Virus record (IMG/VR): IMGVR_UViG_3300042922_001297
Location: 1-53,560 of that record
Reading direction: 5' to 3' (one strand)
Length of the DNA stretch: 53,560 nucleotides
Source: a virus
Taxonomy: Duplodnaviria; Caudoviricetes
Position numbers and translations under genes: made by a program. Below the pieces are notes generated by a model. The model searched no databases. It worked only from the letters and a program-made list of their open reading frames with translations, and was not told the origin of the DNA. Below, one piece after another: positions 35,441 to 45,012 of the stretch (its first letter is position 1; every line of letters begins with the position of its first letter).

Positions 35441-36229
35441 CTAGCGCCTCTCGTCAGCGTGCGGCTGGTGGCTGGGCCAGAAGCCGCCGTCGAAGATGTT
35501 CCCCTCGATCGGGACGTTGTAGTCGTTCATGTACGGCGAGTCGGTGTTGCGGTCGTCGCGCTCGTTCAGGGCGTAGTACAGCTGGGTGTACTCGTCCTTC
35601 AGCGTCTGGGCCCGCGGCTGCATCACCGGGTCGGACGAGGCGTAGTAGTACGCCGCGCGCGCGACGATGAGGTCCGGGTAGTCGAAGTCGACGAGCTGGT
35701 CGCGGATCGCCTGCGGCACCTCGGGGACCTCGCCCGTGTCGTCCTCCGGCGTCTCGGGCAGCCGGAACATCCGCGGCTCGCGCATCACCGGGACCTGGAT
35801 ACGCAGGCCCTCCTCGTGCTGCTGGAACGGCCGGGAGAAGTGCAGCGACTGCCGTGTGACCGAGCACCACAGCCCGCGCCGCGAGCCGTACTTCTCGCCA
35901 GCGTCGCGCGGCAGGAAGTACGCCCACACGATCGGCCGGCCGGTCTCGTCGCACAGCCGCACCGAGTCGTCGCCGATGATGCGCGGGCGCACGGTAGCGC
36001 GCAGCTCGACGTCCTGCACCCCGGCGTGCGCGACGCCGATCTCCTCGATCGTGGAGTAGAAGCTCCACTCGCGCTCGAGCGCGTTCGCCCGCAGCGCCCG
36101 GTTCAGCGCGCGCACGATCGCGCGGTACCGGTCGTACTGCGGGTCGTACCGCAGCTCGAGGCCGGTGAGGATGCCGAGCACCTCCTCGACGCACTCGTCG
36201 AGCGACAGCTGGACGTCCGGGTTCGACAT
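35441..36229 (-). CDS. Tail adaptor / tail tubular protein A-like
   Basis: N-terminal helices ending REWSF and C-terminal LIVARAAYYYA; directly upstream of the nozzle-like gene. Confidence 0.6.
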   Translation of the reverse strand: MSNPDVQLSLDECVEEVLGILTGLELRYDPQYDRYRAIVRALNRALRANALEREWSFYSTIEEIGVAHAGVQDVELRATVRPRIIGDDSVRLCDETGRPIVWAYFLPRDAGEKYGSRRGLWCSVTRQSLHFSRPFQQHEEGLRIQVPVMREPRMFRLPETPEDDTGEVPEVPQAIRDQLVDFDYPDLIVARAAYYYASSDPVMQPRAQTLKDEYTQLYYALNERDDRNTDSPYMNDYNVPIEGNIFDGGFWPSHQPHADERR

Positions 36230-36230
36230 G

Positions 36231-37493
36231 TCACCACTTCCGCAGCGTTGCGCCCTCGGGCTTCTTGCCCTTGGACTGGCCCGGCCCCGACGCGGCGAGC
36301 GAGCTCGAGTTCAGGTTGCCGGTCGACTGCCCCTCGCCGGCGAAGCCGAGCGTCGCCTTGCTGACCCCGGGGTCCTTGTACGACGACCCCGCCGCCTCCG
36401 CGGCCTGGCGCGCGTAGTCGGACGTGTACGCCGCAGGCGCGCGCGCCGCGGTGCCGGAGTTCGCGGAGACGTAGTCCGAGGCGTTCTTCCCCGAGTCGAG
36501 CCAGGCGGTGAGCCCGAGCTGGTCCTGCTTCTGCCGCTCGGCCGCGTCGATCTCCGACTGCAGCAGGTAGTTCTGCTGGTCGTAGTTCGCCATCTGGGTG
36601 AGCGCGTCGCTCTGCGCGTCGTAGAAGTCGTCCCACGTCGCGGCGCGGTTCGAGTTCGCCGACTGCTCCTCGTTGATCATGCCGGTCTTCGTGGCCGTGT
36701 TCAGGTCCGAGATGCCGGAGTTGACCGAGGCGCGCGTGTCGAAGAACGAGCGGTTCACGTCGCCCTGGTTCGTAGCCCAGTTCCGCAGCGCCTGCTGCTG
36801 GGACTTCAGGACGTCGGACTCCCCGGCGCCCTGGCTCAGCGCCTGGGTCACCAGGTCGCCGCGCTCGCGCGCACGGTTCGCCAGGTTGGAGAACGAGGCG
36901 TCCGCCTCGGTCTGCTCGTTGTCGCGCAGGTTCTCGCGGAAGCCCTCGACCCCGGCCTCGAACGTCTGCTTGATCTGCTCCATCTTGACCTTGAGCTGCG
37001 AGTCGATGTTCGCGAGCGTGGTGTCGCGCGCCGACTGCAGCCCGGTCGTGACGAGCTGCTTCAGCGCGTCGAGGCTCTTCTGGTTCGAGTCGCGCTGCGC
37101 GCTCTTCGAGGTGATCTGGGCGTTGATCGACTCGATCTGGCTGTTCGCCTGCGAGCGCGCGGCGTTGTTCGCGGCGCGGTTCGCCTCGGCCACGGGGTCG
37201 TACGACGACGCCGAGCTCGTGCGCGAGGTGGTGCCGGAGCCGGACGACCGGCGCGAGGTGGAGCCACCGCCGCCACCGCCGCCACCGCCGCCGGAGTACG
37301 TCGAGACGCTCGTGCCGCGCGTGCCGCCCTGCCCCGACGTCACCGTCGGGCGACCGGCCTGGCTCTCGGAGCGCGCGTACTCGTTGGTGTACGGGCCGAC
37401 CTTCGGGACCTGCGGCCCCATCGTGGGCGCGGTCCAGCTCTGCCGGTACCCGCTCCCGTTCGATCGTGTCGGGGTGTCCATCCGCATGGCCAT
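36231..37493 (-). CDS. Putative internal virion (ejection) protein, 420 aa
   Basis: GAGG RBS; Gly/Ser-rich N-terminus and long Gln/Ala/Asn coiled coil. Confidence 0.55.
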   Translation of the reverse strand: MAMRMDTPTRSNGSGYRQSWTAPTMGPQVPKVGPYTNEYARSESQAGRPTVTSGQGGTRGTSVSTYSGGGGGGGGGGSTSRRSSGSGTTSRTSSASSYDPVAEANRAANNAARSQANSQIESINAQITSKSAQRDSNQKSLDALKQLVTTGLQSARDTTLANIDSQLKVKMEQIKQTFEAGVEGFRENLRDNEQTEADASFSNLANRARERGDLVTQALSQGAGESDVLKSQQQALRNWATNQGDVNRSFFDTRASVNSGISDLNTATKTGMINEEQSANSNRAATWDDFYDAQSDALTQMANYDQQNYLLQSEIDAAERQKQDQLGLTAWLDSGKNASDYVSANSGTAARAPAAYTSDYARQAAEAAGSSYKDPGVSKATLGFAGEGQSTGNLNSSSLAASGPGQSKGKKPEGATLRKW

Positions 37494-37504
37494 GGTGTCT
37501 CCTC

Positions 37505-38737
37505 TCAGAGCCCGTACCGTGCGCGGATGTCCGCGACGGAGAGCGGGACGATTGTCGCATCTGTGACCGGAACGGTCACGTCCGTGTTGGCGAGCCGGCC
37601 GACGTCGACGGCCTCGAGCTGCATGCGCGCGAAGTCCCACAGCTCCTCGGGCGCGATGTCCGTGCCCATGTTGGCGTTCAGCTGGCCGAGCCCGATCGAG
37701 ATGTCCTCGGGCGTCTGCTCCACCCCGGAGTCGACCATGAAGTTCCAGGCCATCTGCAGCACCTGGTCGCGCGGACTGTCGGTGGTGCCCGGCCGCATCG
37801 TGTCCCCGCGCAGGCCGGTGTACCCCTGCGACAGCCGGGACTGGATCGCGGGCGCCGCGGCGACGACGGTCTGCTGCGCGGCGTCGACCCGGTCGTCCTG
37901 GTTCTCCGGGGCCCACTCCATGCGCTGCAGGATGTGGTCGCCGATCGCGCGGTCGAGACGCAGGAACGCGTCGAGCTCGCCCGGCGTCTGGCCGAGGTCG
38001 GACAGGAAGCCTGCCGCCACCGCGGTGCTGCCGGTCGCGCCCTCCTCGCGGTCCTGCTGCGCGGCGGAGACCAGGCCGGTGTTGTACTGCACGGCCGCCT
38101 TCTGCCGCGGGGTGAGCGCGAGGTACTCCTCGTCGGTCAGCTCGCGCACGGTCGCGCGCGCACCGGTGCTGTAGCCCCGCTCGGCGTCGCGCGCGGCGAT
38201 GACGTCGCGGCCTGACCACGGCGCGGGCTTCCCGCCTGCCGCCTCGGGCGCGTCGCTCTGCGCGACGACGGCCTTGACCGCGGGGACGGTCAGGCGCTGC
38301 GACGGCCGGATCTCGGTCGGGTCGGCGTTCGCCCGGTCGCGCTCGATGGTCGGCGTGTACCGCGCGCCGGGCGCCGGCGGGCGCTCCCCGGGCTCCTCGC
38401 GGCGGCCGTACTGCTCGGGGTTCGCGACCCCGCGCCACGTCGGCGGCGCGGGCTGCGTCTCGGCGGGCAGCGGGACGGCGGCGCGCACCGCGCTCACGCG
38501 ACCGCCACCGCCGCCTCCGCCGCCGCTCGAGGGCCGCTGGGTCCCGGTGGTGCCCTGCCGCCGCTGCGGCGCCTGAGCGGGCGCAGGCGAGCTCCGGCGG
38601 GTCGTGGAGGAGGACGAGCGACGGACCGGCTCAGCGCGCTCCTGGCGCGCGGGCTCGCGCCGGGGACGGTTGTACGTCGCCGTGCGCGCCTTGCCACCGG
38701 AGGTGACCTCGCGCCAGGTGTCGCTGAGCCAGCCCAT
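37505..38737 (-). CDS. Putative internal virion protein, 410 aa
   Basis: AGGAG RBS; MGWLSD start, Arg/Ser/Gly-rich disordered N-terminus, acidic helical C-terminus. Confidence 0.55.
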   Translation of the reverse strand: MGWLSDTWREVTSGGKARTATYNRPRREPARQERAEPVRRSSSSTTRRSSPAPAQAPQRRQGTTGTQRPSSGGGGGGGGRVSAVRAAVPLPAETQPAPPTWRGVANPEQYGRREEPGERPPAPGARYTPTIERDRANADPTEIRPSQRLTVPAVKAVVAQSDAPEAAGGKPAPWSGRDVIAARDAERGYSTGARATVRELTDEEYLALTPRQKAAVQYNTGLVSAAQQDREEGATGSTAVAAGFLSDLGQTPGELDAFLRLDRAIGDHILQRMEWAPENQDDRVDAAQQTVVAAAPAIQSRLSQGYTGLRGDTMRPGTTDSPRDQVLQMAWNFMVDSGVEQTPEDISIGLGQLNANMGTDIAPEELWDFARMQLEAVDVGRLANTDVTVPVTDATIVPLSVADIRARYGL

Positions 38738-38746
38738 CGTCGTCTC

Positions 38747-39598
38747 CTACTTGAACAGGCGGCCGCTGTTGGCCGCGCGCTGGATGATCTTCACGCCCGC
38801 CGACGGGTGGCCCCACTTGCCGTCGGGCACGTACCCCGGCTCGAGCCACGCGAGGTAGGTCTGGTAGGCCCAGTCCGTACGCGTGCGCTCGGTGACCGCG
38901 CCGGTGTTGTTCGAGCGGTGGCCGTAGCCGTCGATCTCGAGCATCCGACCGTCGTAGTCACGGAAGCCCTTGGCGTTGAGCCACGCCTGCAGCGCCGCGG
39001 TGAACTGCGACGGCTGCGACAGCTTGCCGTCCACCGTCGTGCCCATCGCGCGCTGCTCCGCCTTGAGGGTGTTGGAGCCCTCGAAGCCGTCGACCTTCAG
39101 GCCCGACGGCGCCGGCGCGGGCGCGGGTGCCGGTGCGCCGCCGCTGTTGCAGCGCCGCACGAACTCGGTCCAGCCGCCCTCGAACCCCGCGAGGATCTTC
39201 GTGGGGCAGTTCTTCCCGGTGAGCATCTGGTGGTTGACGAGCGAGGTGCCGACCCCGAGCCGGCGGATGTGCTGCACCAGCTCGACGCCGTTCTGCACCG
39301 TGCGCGAGAAGTCGCCGTCGGAGTTCACGCAGAGCTCGACGGCGACGTAGTTCTTCCCCGCCTGCCCCGCGGACCACGTGCGGATGTCGTGCGGGAACGA
39401 CTGGATCGCCTCGTCCTGGTCGGTCGACCAGTGCCACGACGCCTGGCGCACGTTGCTCCGCGTCTGCAGGTTGGCGTGCGCCTGCGCGTCCGCGCCCGCG
39501 CGCGTGTTCGCCGTCTCGTGGATGACGATGCCGACCTCGGTGGAGCCGGGGCCCCACGTCTTGTCCAGGGGTGCGGCCTGGTACCGGACGGCGACCAT
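38747..39598 (-). CDS. Endolysin, N-acetylmuramoyl-L-alanine amidase (Amidase_2) with cell-wall-binding repeats
   Basis: IVIHETAN, ASWHW, VELC and HQ...KNCP zinc ligands; PAPAP linker; VDG repeats. Confidence 0.9.
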   Translation of the reverse strand: MVAVRYQAAPLDKTWGPGSTEVGIVIHETANTRAGADAQAHANLQTRSNVRQASWHWSTDQDEAIQSFPHDIRTWSAGQAGKNYVAVELCVNSDGDFSRTVQNGVELVQHIRRLGVGTSLVNHQMLTGKNCPTKILAGFEGGWTEFVRRCNSGGAPAPAPAPAPSGLKVDGFEGSNTLKAEQRAMGTTVDGKLSQPSQFTAALQAWLNAKGFRDYDGRMLEIDGYGHRSNNTGAVTERTRTDWAYQTYLAWLEPGYVPDGKWGHPSAGVKIIQRAANSGRLFK

Positions 39599-39894
39599 CA
39601 GAGGTTCGTCCCGTAGTCGCCGCGGCGGCCGTCACCCGAGGGAGGCTGAGCAGAAGGCTCGGGGTAGACCTGGGACACGAGCGGCTCGGGCTCGGGGATC
39701 GGCTCCGCCGGAGGCGGGTTGATGTTCCGCGCCGCGAGCAGCGAGGTGAGCAGCGCGGCGACCGCGCCGGCGAACACCAGCCAGTCGCCGTTCGCGGCCT
39801 GGTACGCCGCGAGCACGCCGCTTCCCAGCCCGACGAGGACGTACAGCCACAGCCGTACCTTCCGCGGGAGGAGTTCGGTCAGGATGTCGTTCAT
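39598..39894 (-). CDS. Holin
   Basis: Two transmembrane helices, PRKVRLWLY motif, adjacent to the endolysin. Confidence 0.75.
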   Translation of the reverse strand: MNDILTELLPRKVRLWLYVLVGLGSGVLAAYQAANGDWLVFAGAVAALLTSLLAARNINPPPAEPIPEPEPLVSQVYPEPSAQPPSGDGRRGDYGTNL

Positions 39895-39938
39895 GGGTGA
39901 TCCCTTCTGGTTGTGCACAGCGTACCGGTCTGCGGCGT

Positions 39939-40439
39939 TCAGGCCGGTGTGTCCGGGCGGTGCGAGATGATCGTCTGCTGCAGCTCGGCGATCTGTCGAT
40001 CGCGCACCTCGGCGGACAGGATGTGGGTCTCGAGCGAGCCGGTCAGCTGGCTCACCGAGGTCGTGATCGCGCGGCGCTCGGCGGCCTCGGCCTGCACCCA
40101 GGCGCGCGTCTCGCCGTGCTCGGTGCGCAGCGCCTGCACGTCGCCGCGCGTGAGCTGCTGCTCGGACCGGATGTTCGCGATCTCGCCGTCGTGCCGCAGC
40201 TGCCCGGCCACGATCGACTCGGCCAGCATCCGTACCTGCGTGATCTCGTCGCGCATGTTCGGGTAGGCCGTCTGGTCGTGGTTGTTCTTCGTCTGCTCGA
40301 CGACTTCCTGCACACCCTTGCGGGTACCTCTGGTGATCCACGCTGTCACGACCCCGGAGAGCGGAGTCGCGATCGCCACCGCGATGGCGATCAGCGCCCA
40401 CGCCCACCAGGGCACCCCCTCGGGCAGTATGGTCGGCAC
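39939..40439 (-). CDS. Membrane protein with coiled coil (DUF2746-like lysis-cassette protein)
   Basis: N-terminal transmembrane segment, NNH...NMRDEI motif; GGAG RBS. Confidence 0.65.
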   Translation of the reverse strand: MPTILPEGVPWWAWALIAIAVAIATPLSGVVTAWITRGTRKGVQEVVEQTKNNHDQTAYPNMRDEITQVRMLAESIVAGQLRHDGEIANIRSEQQLTRGDVQALRTEHGETRAWVQAEAAERRAITTSVSQLTGSLETHILSAEVRDRQIAELQQTIISHRPDTPA

Positions 40440-40441
40440 GG

Positions 40442-40717
40442 CTACTCCAGTCCGGTCAGCTTCCGCGCGTTGTCGAGCGCGTCGGCGTGGGTCTCGCGGA
40501 TGCCCGCGAGCATGGTGAACGTGTCCTGCAGCAGGTACGCCTCGTCCGGCGTGTAGCCGAAGTCGGCCACCAACTCGCTCGAGATGTCGTACCCCGGGTG
40601 GTCCTTCAGCCAGTCGTCCACGCGCGCGACGAGGTGCAGCGCGCTGAGCAGCGCGCGCGACGCCTCCGAGACTCGCGTGTCGAGCAGGCCCTTGCTGACG
40701 GTGGCTCCGACGGTCAT
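40442..40717 (-). CDS. Hypothetical protein (91 aa)
   Basis: AGGAG RBS. Confidence 0.7.
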   Translation of the reverse strand: MTVGATVSKGLLDTRVSEASRALLSALHLVARVDDWLKDHPGYDISSELVADFGYTPDEAYLLQDTFTMLAGIRETHADALDNARKLTGLE

Positions 40718-40726
40718 GGTGTTCTC

Positions 40727-42373
40727 CTAGCTGTGGGGGTAGACGAGCGGGGTGAAGTCGATGACCCCGGAGCCGGTGGCCCAGGGGCTCTTGAAGTGCA
40801 CGGACAGCACGCCGGCCGGGTTGACGCTGGCCCAGCCGAGGAAGCCCCCGGTCGTGGTCGCGACGCCCATCACGGTGTAGAGCGTCGGCGCCATCGCGGC
40901 CGGGACGGTGCCGACTGCGTGCGTCGTGTTCACGGTGAGCGTGCCGGACGCCCGGCCGCGCGCGAACACCTGCGAGCCGACCTTGCGGAACTGCACTGTG
41001 GGCGGCACCCCGGAGCCGGTGCTGAGCGCGAAGCCGGAGGAGAAGCTGACGATGTCGACCCAGCCGCTGTCGAAGCCGGGGTTCGTCTGGTCCTCGTCCA
41101 TCAGCTCGACGGTCAGCGTCATCGGCGCCGTCGCGCTCGCGACGACGCGCACCGTGCCGGTGCCGAGCGCGCGGGCCAGGCGGCCCGAGATGTTCAGCGG
41201 CCCGGTCGCCTCGGCGGTCCAGATCGCGTCCATCGTGAAGCCGTTCGACTGCCCCGCGGCAGTGCCCGAGTTCGCGCGCTGCGTCGCCATCTGGATCTGG
41301 GTCGACCCGGCCAGGATGTGCAGCGAGGCGAGGTCGGCCGCGACCGTGCCGTCCGTCGCCCCGGTGAAGACCGCGCGGTACCGGCGCCCGGCGAGCAGCG
41401 AGACGTTCGCCGCGATGAGCACCGCGGCCGGGGTCGTCGAGCCGACGGCGCCCGAGGACGTGACGTTCTGCGCGTACCCGACCAGCTTGTTGCCGGAGCC
41501 ACCGGCGATCGACTCGATCAGGTCGTCGACGTAGCCCTTCGGCGCGGCGTGGTCGTCGACCGTCGGGGTCGGCAGCCCGTCGATCCCCGTGGGGAAGGAG
41601 ACCTCGGTGGGCAGCCCGTCGATCGCGCCGCTGATCGTGCCGTACGCGACCTTGACCTGCTGATCCTCCGGACCGACGCGCAGCTCGAAGTCCGCCTGCA
41701 GGTCGTCGGTCACGATGCCGGGCACCGCGATGTCGCCGGTGAACGTCGCCCCGTCCAGGCGCGCGTACGCGTCCAGCTCGGGCCGGAGCACGACGGCCTC
41801 GGTGCCGGTCACCTCGGACCAGTCGATGCTGACTGGCGGCTCGGCCCACGCCCACGTACCGTCGCCCTGCGCGACCGGGGTCAGCCCAGCACTGACTCCG
41901 GTCGCGTCCAGCCCGCCGTCGACGCCCGCCGGCACGCCGGTCCACAGCGTGACGCGCACGACCTGCAGCCCCTGCAGCACGACGGCCAGCCCCGTGCTCG
42001 GGTGCGCGCCGCCGTACTCCGCCGCGATGCTGTCGTGCTCGGGGTTCTCGCGCAGCGCGACCTCGCCCTTCACGACGACGAGCGAGTACCCGCCCGTGAC
42101 GAGCACGACGACGAACGGGTACGACCCCGCGGGCAGGTCCAGGTGGTCTGCCTGCAGCGGCACGACGGCGACGCCGCCGAGCGGCAGGTCGATGACGGCG
42201 GGCACCTCGACGGCCGCGCCGTCGGGCAGGCCGAGCACGAACGTGACGCTGGCCCCGGTCAGGTCGGCCGGCGCGCCGTTGCGCGCCTCGAGCGCGATCG
42301 ACAGCGCGAACGACTTGCGCGCCTCGAGCTCGAGGACGGTCGCCTCGGTGGGGGAGTTCGTCAGCTTGGCCAT
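40727..42373 (-). CDS. Tail fibre / receptor-binding protein (548 aa)
   Basis: N-terminal virion-attachment domain paralogous to 43761-44744, HAAPKGYVD linker, C-terminal DSGW...QFRKVGSQVFARG head domain. Confidence 0.75.
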   Translation of the reverse strand: MAKLTNSPTEATVLELEARKSFALSIALEARNGAPADLTGASVTFVLGLPDGAAVEVPAVIDLPLGGVAVVPLQADHLDLPAGSYPFVVVLVTGGYSLVVVKGEVALRENPEHDSIAAEYGGAHPSTGLAVVLQGLQVVRVTLWTGVPAGVDGGLDATGVSAGLTPVAQGDGTWAWAEPPVSIDWSEVTGTEAVVLRPELDAYARLDGATFTGDIAVPGIVTDDLQADFELRVGPEDQQVKVAYGTISGAIDGLPTEVSFPTGIDGLPTPTVDDHAAPKGYVDDLIESIAGGSGNKLVGYAQNVTSSGAVGSTTPAAVLIAANVSLLAGRRYRAVFTGATDGTVAADLASLHILAGSTQIQMATQRANSGTAAGQSNGFTMDAIWTAEATGPLNISGRLARALGTGTVRVVASATAPMTLTVELMDEDQTNPGFDSGWVDIVSFSSGFALSTGSGVPPTVQFRKVGSQVFARGRASGTLTVNTTHAVGTVPAAMAPTLYTVMGVATTTGGFLGWASVNPAGVLSVHFKSPWATGSGVIDFTPLVYPHS

Positions 42374-43764
42374 CAGACCTCGCTCCACTTCCACACGCCG
42401 TCGACGTTGAGGTTGAGCTGGACCTTCTGCCAGTCGCCCTCGACGTTCTCCCACAGCTCGAACGGCCGGTACGCGCCCGCGACGTTGAGCATCGGGAACA
42501 GCGTGGCGAGCGTGCCGGTGGTACGGAACTGCTGCGCCTCGGAGAAGCCGGAGCTCGCCGGCGTGCCCTTCGCGCGCACGTACGCCTGGTAGTCGTGCGC
42601 CTTCGTCAGGCCGGTCACGGCCTGGGACAACACGGTGGCCCCGACCGAGTACGCCTTGACCGGCGTGCCCGGGTTGTTCGTGTCGGAGATGACGACGTCG
42701 TACCCGGTGATCGTCGCGCCGTTCGCCGCGGGCGCGACCCACGTCACGGTGCACGACGTCTCGGTGATCGCGCTGACGGTCGGCGCGGCCGGGTCGGACG
42801 GCGCGTCGTCGAGCGTGGTGACCGACTTCCAGGAGGTCCACGGTCCCCAGCCCGCGTAGTTCCACGCCGAGACGCGGTAGTAGTACAGCGTCTCGGGCAG
42901 CCGGTTCAGCACGGTGATCGCCGCCCAGCTGCCCTGCGTCGCCGTCGTCGAGCCGGACTCGGCCGCGACCGTGTTCACCTGCAGGCGGTAGTTCGTCGGC
43001 GCCATGCCGCCGTTGTTCGAGACGGTGGCGACCGGGACGACGAAGGAGTTGCGCGAGACGTTCGTGGCGTTCGGCGCGGCCGAGAGCACGGGAGCCGACG
43101 GCGCCTTGGCCGAGACGGTGACCCAGGAGCTCGCGCGCGTCGCGTCCCACCAGACGCCCTCGGAGCGCACGCGCGCCCAGTACGTCACGCCCGCGGTGCC
43201 GCTGATCGGCAGCGTGCCGTTGGCCTGGTACCCCGAGCTGGTGATCGCGGTGAACGAGGAGTTGGTCGAGATCTGCCACTGGTACCGGCGCCCCGACGAC
43301 GGGCCGGGCCACGAGCTCGGGCCGTTCCACGTCAGCTGCAGCTTGCCGGCGCCGGACACGGCGACCATCTTCACGTTCAGCGGGACGCTCGGGTTCGCCG
43401 TCGGGCGCCGCGGCACGGAGCCGTAGCGCACGGTGCTGACCGGCCCGGCCCCGGTGCCGGAGACGTCCATGCCGAAGCCGAAGCCGACCTCGCCGTCGTA
43501 CGACGCGGTGAACGTCTGCCACCCCGAGACCATGAGCAGCGGGGTCGAGCCGGACGCGCGCCGCGTCACCGAGCCCGCACCCCACTGGCCGTACCAGCCC
43601 GCGGTCAGGTCGAAGTTGTACGAGGAGTAGTCGGTCGCCGCCCAGCCCTCGACGAACACCGGGTACGACGGGTCCGCCTGGGTAGGCTGCCGCCCCGCCT
43701 CCCAGTAGATCCCGGCCTTCAGTCGGTTGGCGTAGCCCGACCAGACCGCGCCCTGCCAGCTCAC
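42373..43764 (-). CDS. Minor tail protein with fibronectin type III repeats (463 aa)
   Basis: Three Fn3-like repeats (LTWNGP...YWARVRS, LPETLYYYRVSAWN, VTWVAP...YQAYVRA). Confidence 0.8.
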   Translation of the reverse strand: MSWQGAVWSGYANRLKAGIYWEAGRQPTQADPSYPVFVEGWAATDYSSYNFDLTAGWYGQWGAGSVTRRASGSTPLLMVSGWQTFTASYDGEVGFGFGMDVSGTGAGPVSTVRYGSVPRRPTANPSVPLNVKMVAVSGAGKLQLTWNGPSSWPGPSSGRRYQWQISTNSSFTAITSSGYQANGTLPISGTAGVTYWARVRSEGVWWDATRASSWVTVSAKAPSAPVLSAAPNATNVSRNSFVVPVATVSNNGGMAPTNYRLQVNTVAAESGSTTATQGSWAAITVLNRLPETLYYYRVSAWNYAGWGPWTSWKSVTTLDDAPSDPAAPTVSAITETSCTVTWVAPAANGATITGYDVVISDTNNPGTPVKAYSVGATVLSQAVTGLTKAHDYQAYVRAKGTPASSGFSEAQQFRTTGTLATLFPMLNVAGAYRPFELWENVEGDWQKVQLNLNVDGVWKWSEV

Positions 43765-44744
43765 GGCAGGTACTTCAGGTAGACGTCGCCCGGGTCCCCT
43801 CCGACCGGATCAGCCGTGCCGGACGTCACGCCGTCCAGCTCGGTGAGCCGGGGGAGCCAGGCTGCCGGGAGCTCGTTCGCCCCGACGTTGGTCAGGTCGG
43901 TCAGCTCGTGCGTGTGCTCGGCCGCGGCGAAGAACGCGTCGTCGCGCGTGCTCGCGGTGCCGAGCACCGGCTTGTTGATGACCGAGTTCGGCTCGCCCTC
44001 GGGGATGTCCCAGTCGACGACGGTCGAGACCTCGGTCCACGCCCAGAAGCCGGTGCCGTCCGACAGCGGCGCGCGCCCCGCCGGCACGCCGGTCGCGTCG
44101 AGCGTGCCGTCGAACGCCTGCGGCTCGCGCCACGTGAAGTCGTAGTCGTCGGGGCTGGCCTTCGCCAGCACCCAGCGCGTGTCACCGCCCGCGGGCAGCA
44201 GGTTGCCGGCGAGGCTCAGACCGTCGACCTTCGCCTTGTCGGCGTCGGACATCCACGTGAAGCCCGGCGGGATGAGCGGGCCGCACAACACCTCGATCGT
44301 GGCCTGGTTGCGCAGCCGCACCTCGAGCGAGGCGGGCGAGGCGACGTCGTCGTAGACGTCGGCCATCGCGCTGAACTCGGGGTTGGGCTGCACGTCGAGC
44401 ACGCCCTTGACCGCCGCGGTGCTGTACCCCGCGGGGCTGACGAGCACGATGACGAACGGGTACTCCCCGGGCGCGAGGTCGAGCTCGAGCGCCTGCAGCT
44501 CGAAGCGGGCGTAGCCCAGCTCCGGCGAGGGGAACTCCGCGACGGAGGAGTCGATGAGGTTGTCGGCGTCGGTCGTGTCGTCCGCGCGGAACGGCGGCTG
44601 CTTGGCGACCATGCGCACGGTGCAGCCGGTGAGGTCCGCCGGCCGCCGGTTGGCGTCCATGAACCACAGCGACAGCGAGAGCGACTTGCGAGCCTCGACC
44701 TGGATGACGGTCGTGCTCGACGGGGTGTTGCCGATGTAGGCCAC
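43761..44744 (-). CDS. Minor tail / fibre-attachment protein (327 aa)
   Basis: BppU-like N-terminus paralogous to the 40727-42373 protein; HTH-x-x-x-D fibre motif and C-terminal GDVYLKY. Confidence 0.7.
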   Translation of the reverse strand: MAYIGNTPSSTTVIQVEARKSLSLSLWFMDANRRPADLTGCTVRMVAKQPPFRADDTTDADNLIDSSVAEFPSPELGYARFELQALELDLAPGEYPFVIVLVSPAGYSTAAVKGVLDVQPNPEFSAMADVYDDVASPASLEVRLRNQATIEVLCGPLIPPGFTWMSDADKAKVDGLSLAGNLLPAGGDTRWVLAKASPDDYDFTWREPQAFDGTLDATGVPAGRAPLSDGTGFWAWTEVSTVVDWDIPEGEPNSVINKPVLGTASTRDDAFFAAAEHTHELTDLTNVGANELPAAWLPRLTELDGVTSGTADPVGGDPGDVYLKYLP

Positions 44745-44764
44745 GGCCGACTCCTCTCAGGGGG

Positions 44765-44807
44765 ACGGCGGCACACCGAGGGGAGGATGTCCTCGGTGTG
44801 CCGCCGT
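44765..44807 (-). terminator. 17-bp perfect stem-loop downstream of the capsid genes
   Basis: ACGGCGGCACACCGAGG / CCTCGGTGTGCCGCCGT arms; typical position for attenuation after the capsid gene. Confidence 0.6.
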
Positions 44808-44829
44808 GGGGAACTACAGGCTGGTCGTG

Positions 44830-45012
44830 TCAGCCTGCAGGCGGAGGGCCCTCCTCGGGCGGCCCCTCGCCGCCACCCTCCGGGGGACCCCCAGGGGCTT
44901 CCCCGCCGCCCTCGGGAGCGCCGCCACCACCGGCGAGCGCCTCCTCGAGAGCCTCGATGCCGACCCCGGACAGCTCCTGGATCTGCTTCAGGAGCTCGAG
45001 CAGCTGCTCCAT
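44830..45012 (-). CDS. Small acidic Gly/Pro/Glu-rich protein (60 aa)
   Basis: TGATG coupling with the capsid stop; amphipathic helix plus GGEGPP repeats. Confidence 0.6.
   Translation of the reverse strand: MEQLLELLKQIQELSGVGIEALEEALAGGGGAPEGGGEAPGGPPEGGGEGPPEEGPPPAG

Noticed and set aside
33461-36364. Long alternative-frame ORFs (e.g. 33461-36364, 43908-46712, 49491-53243, 4416-7016, 20003-22144)
   Set aside because: They overlap well-supported genes on the opposite strand or in another frame and have Arg/Gly/Ala-biased composition, as expected from stop-codon scarcity at high GC.
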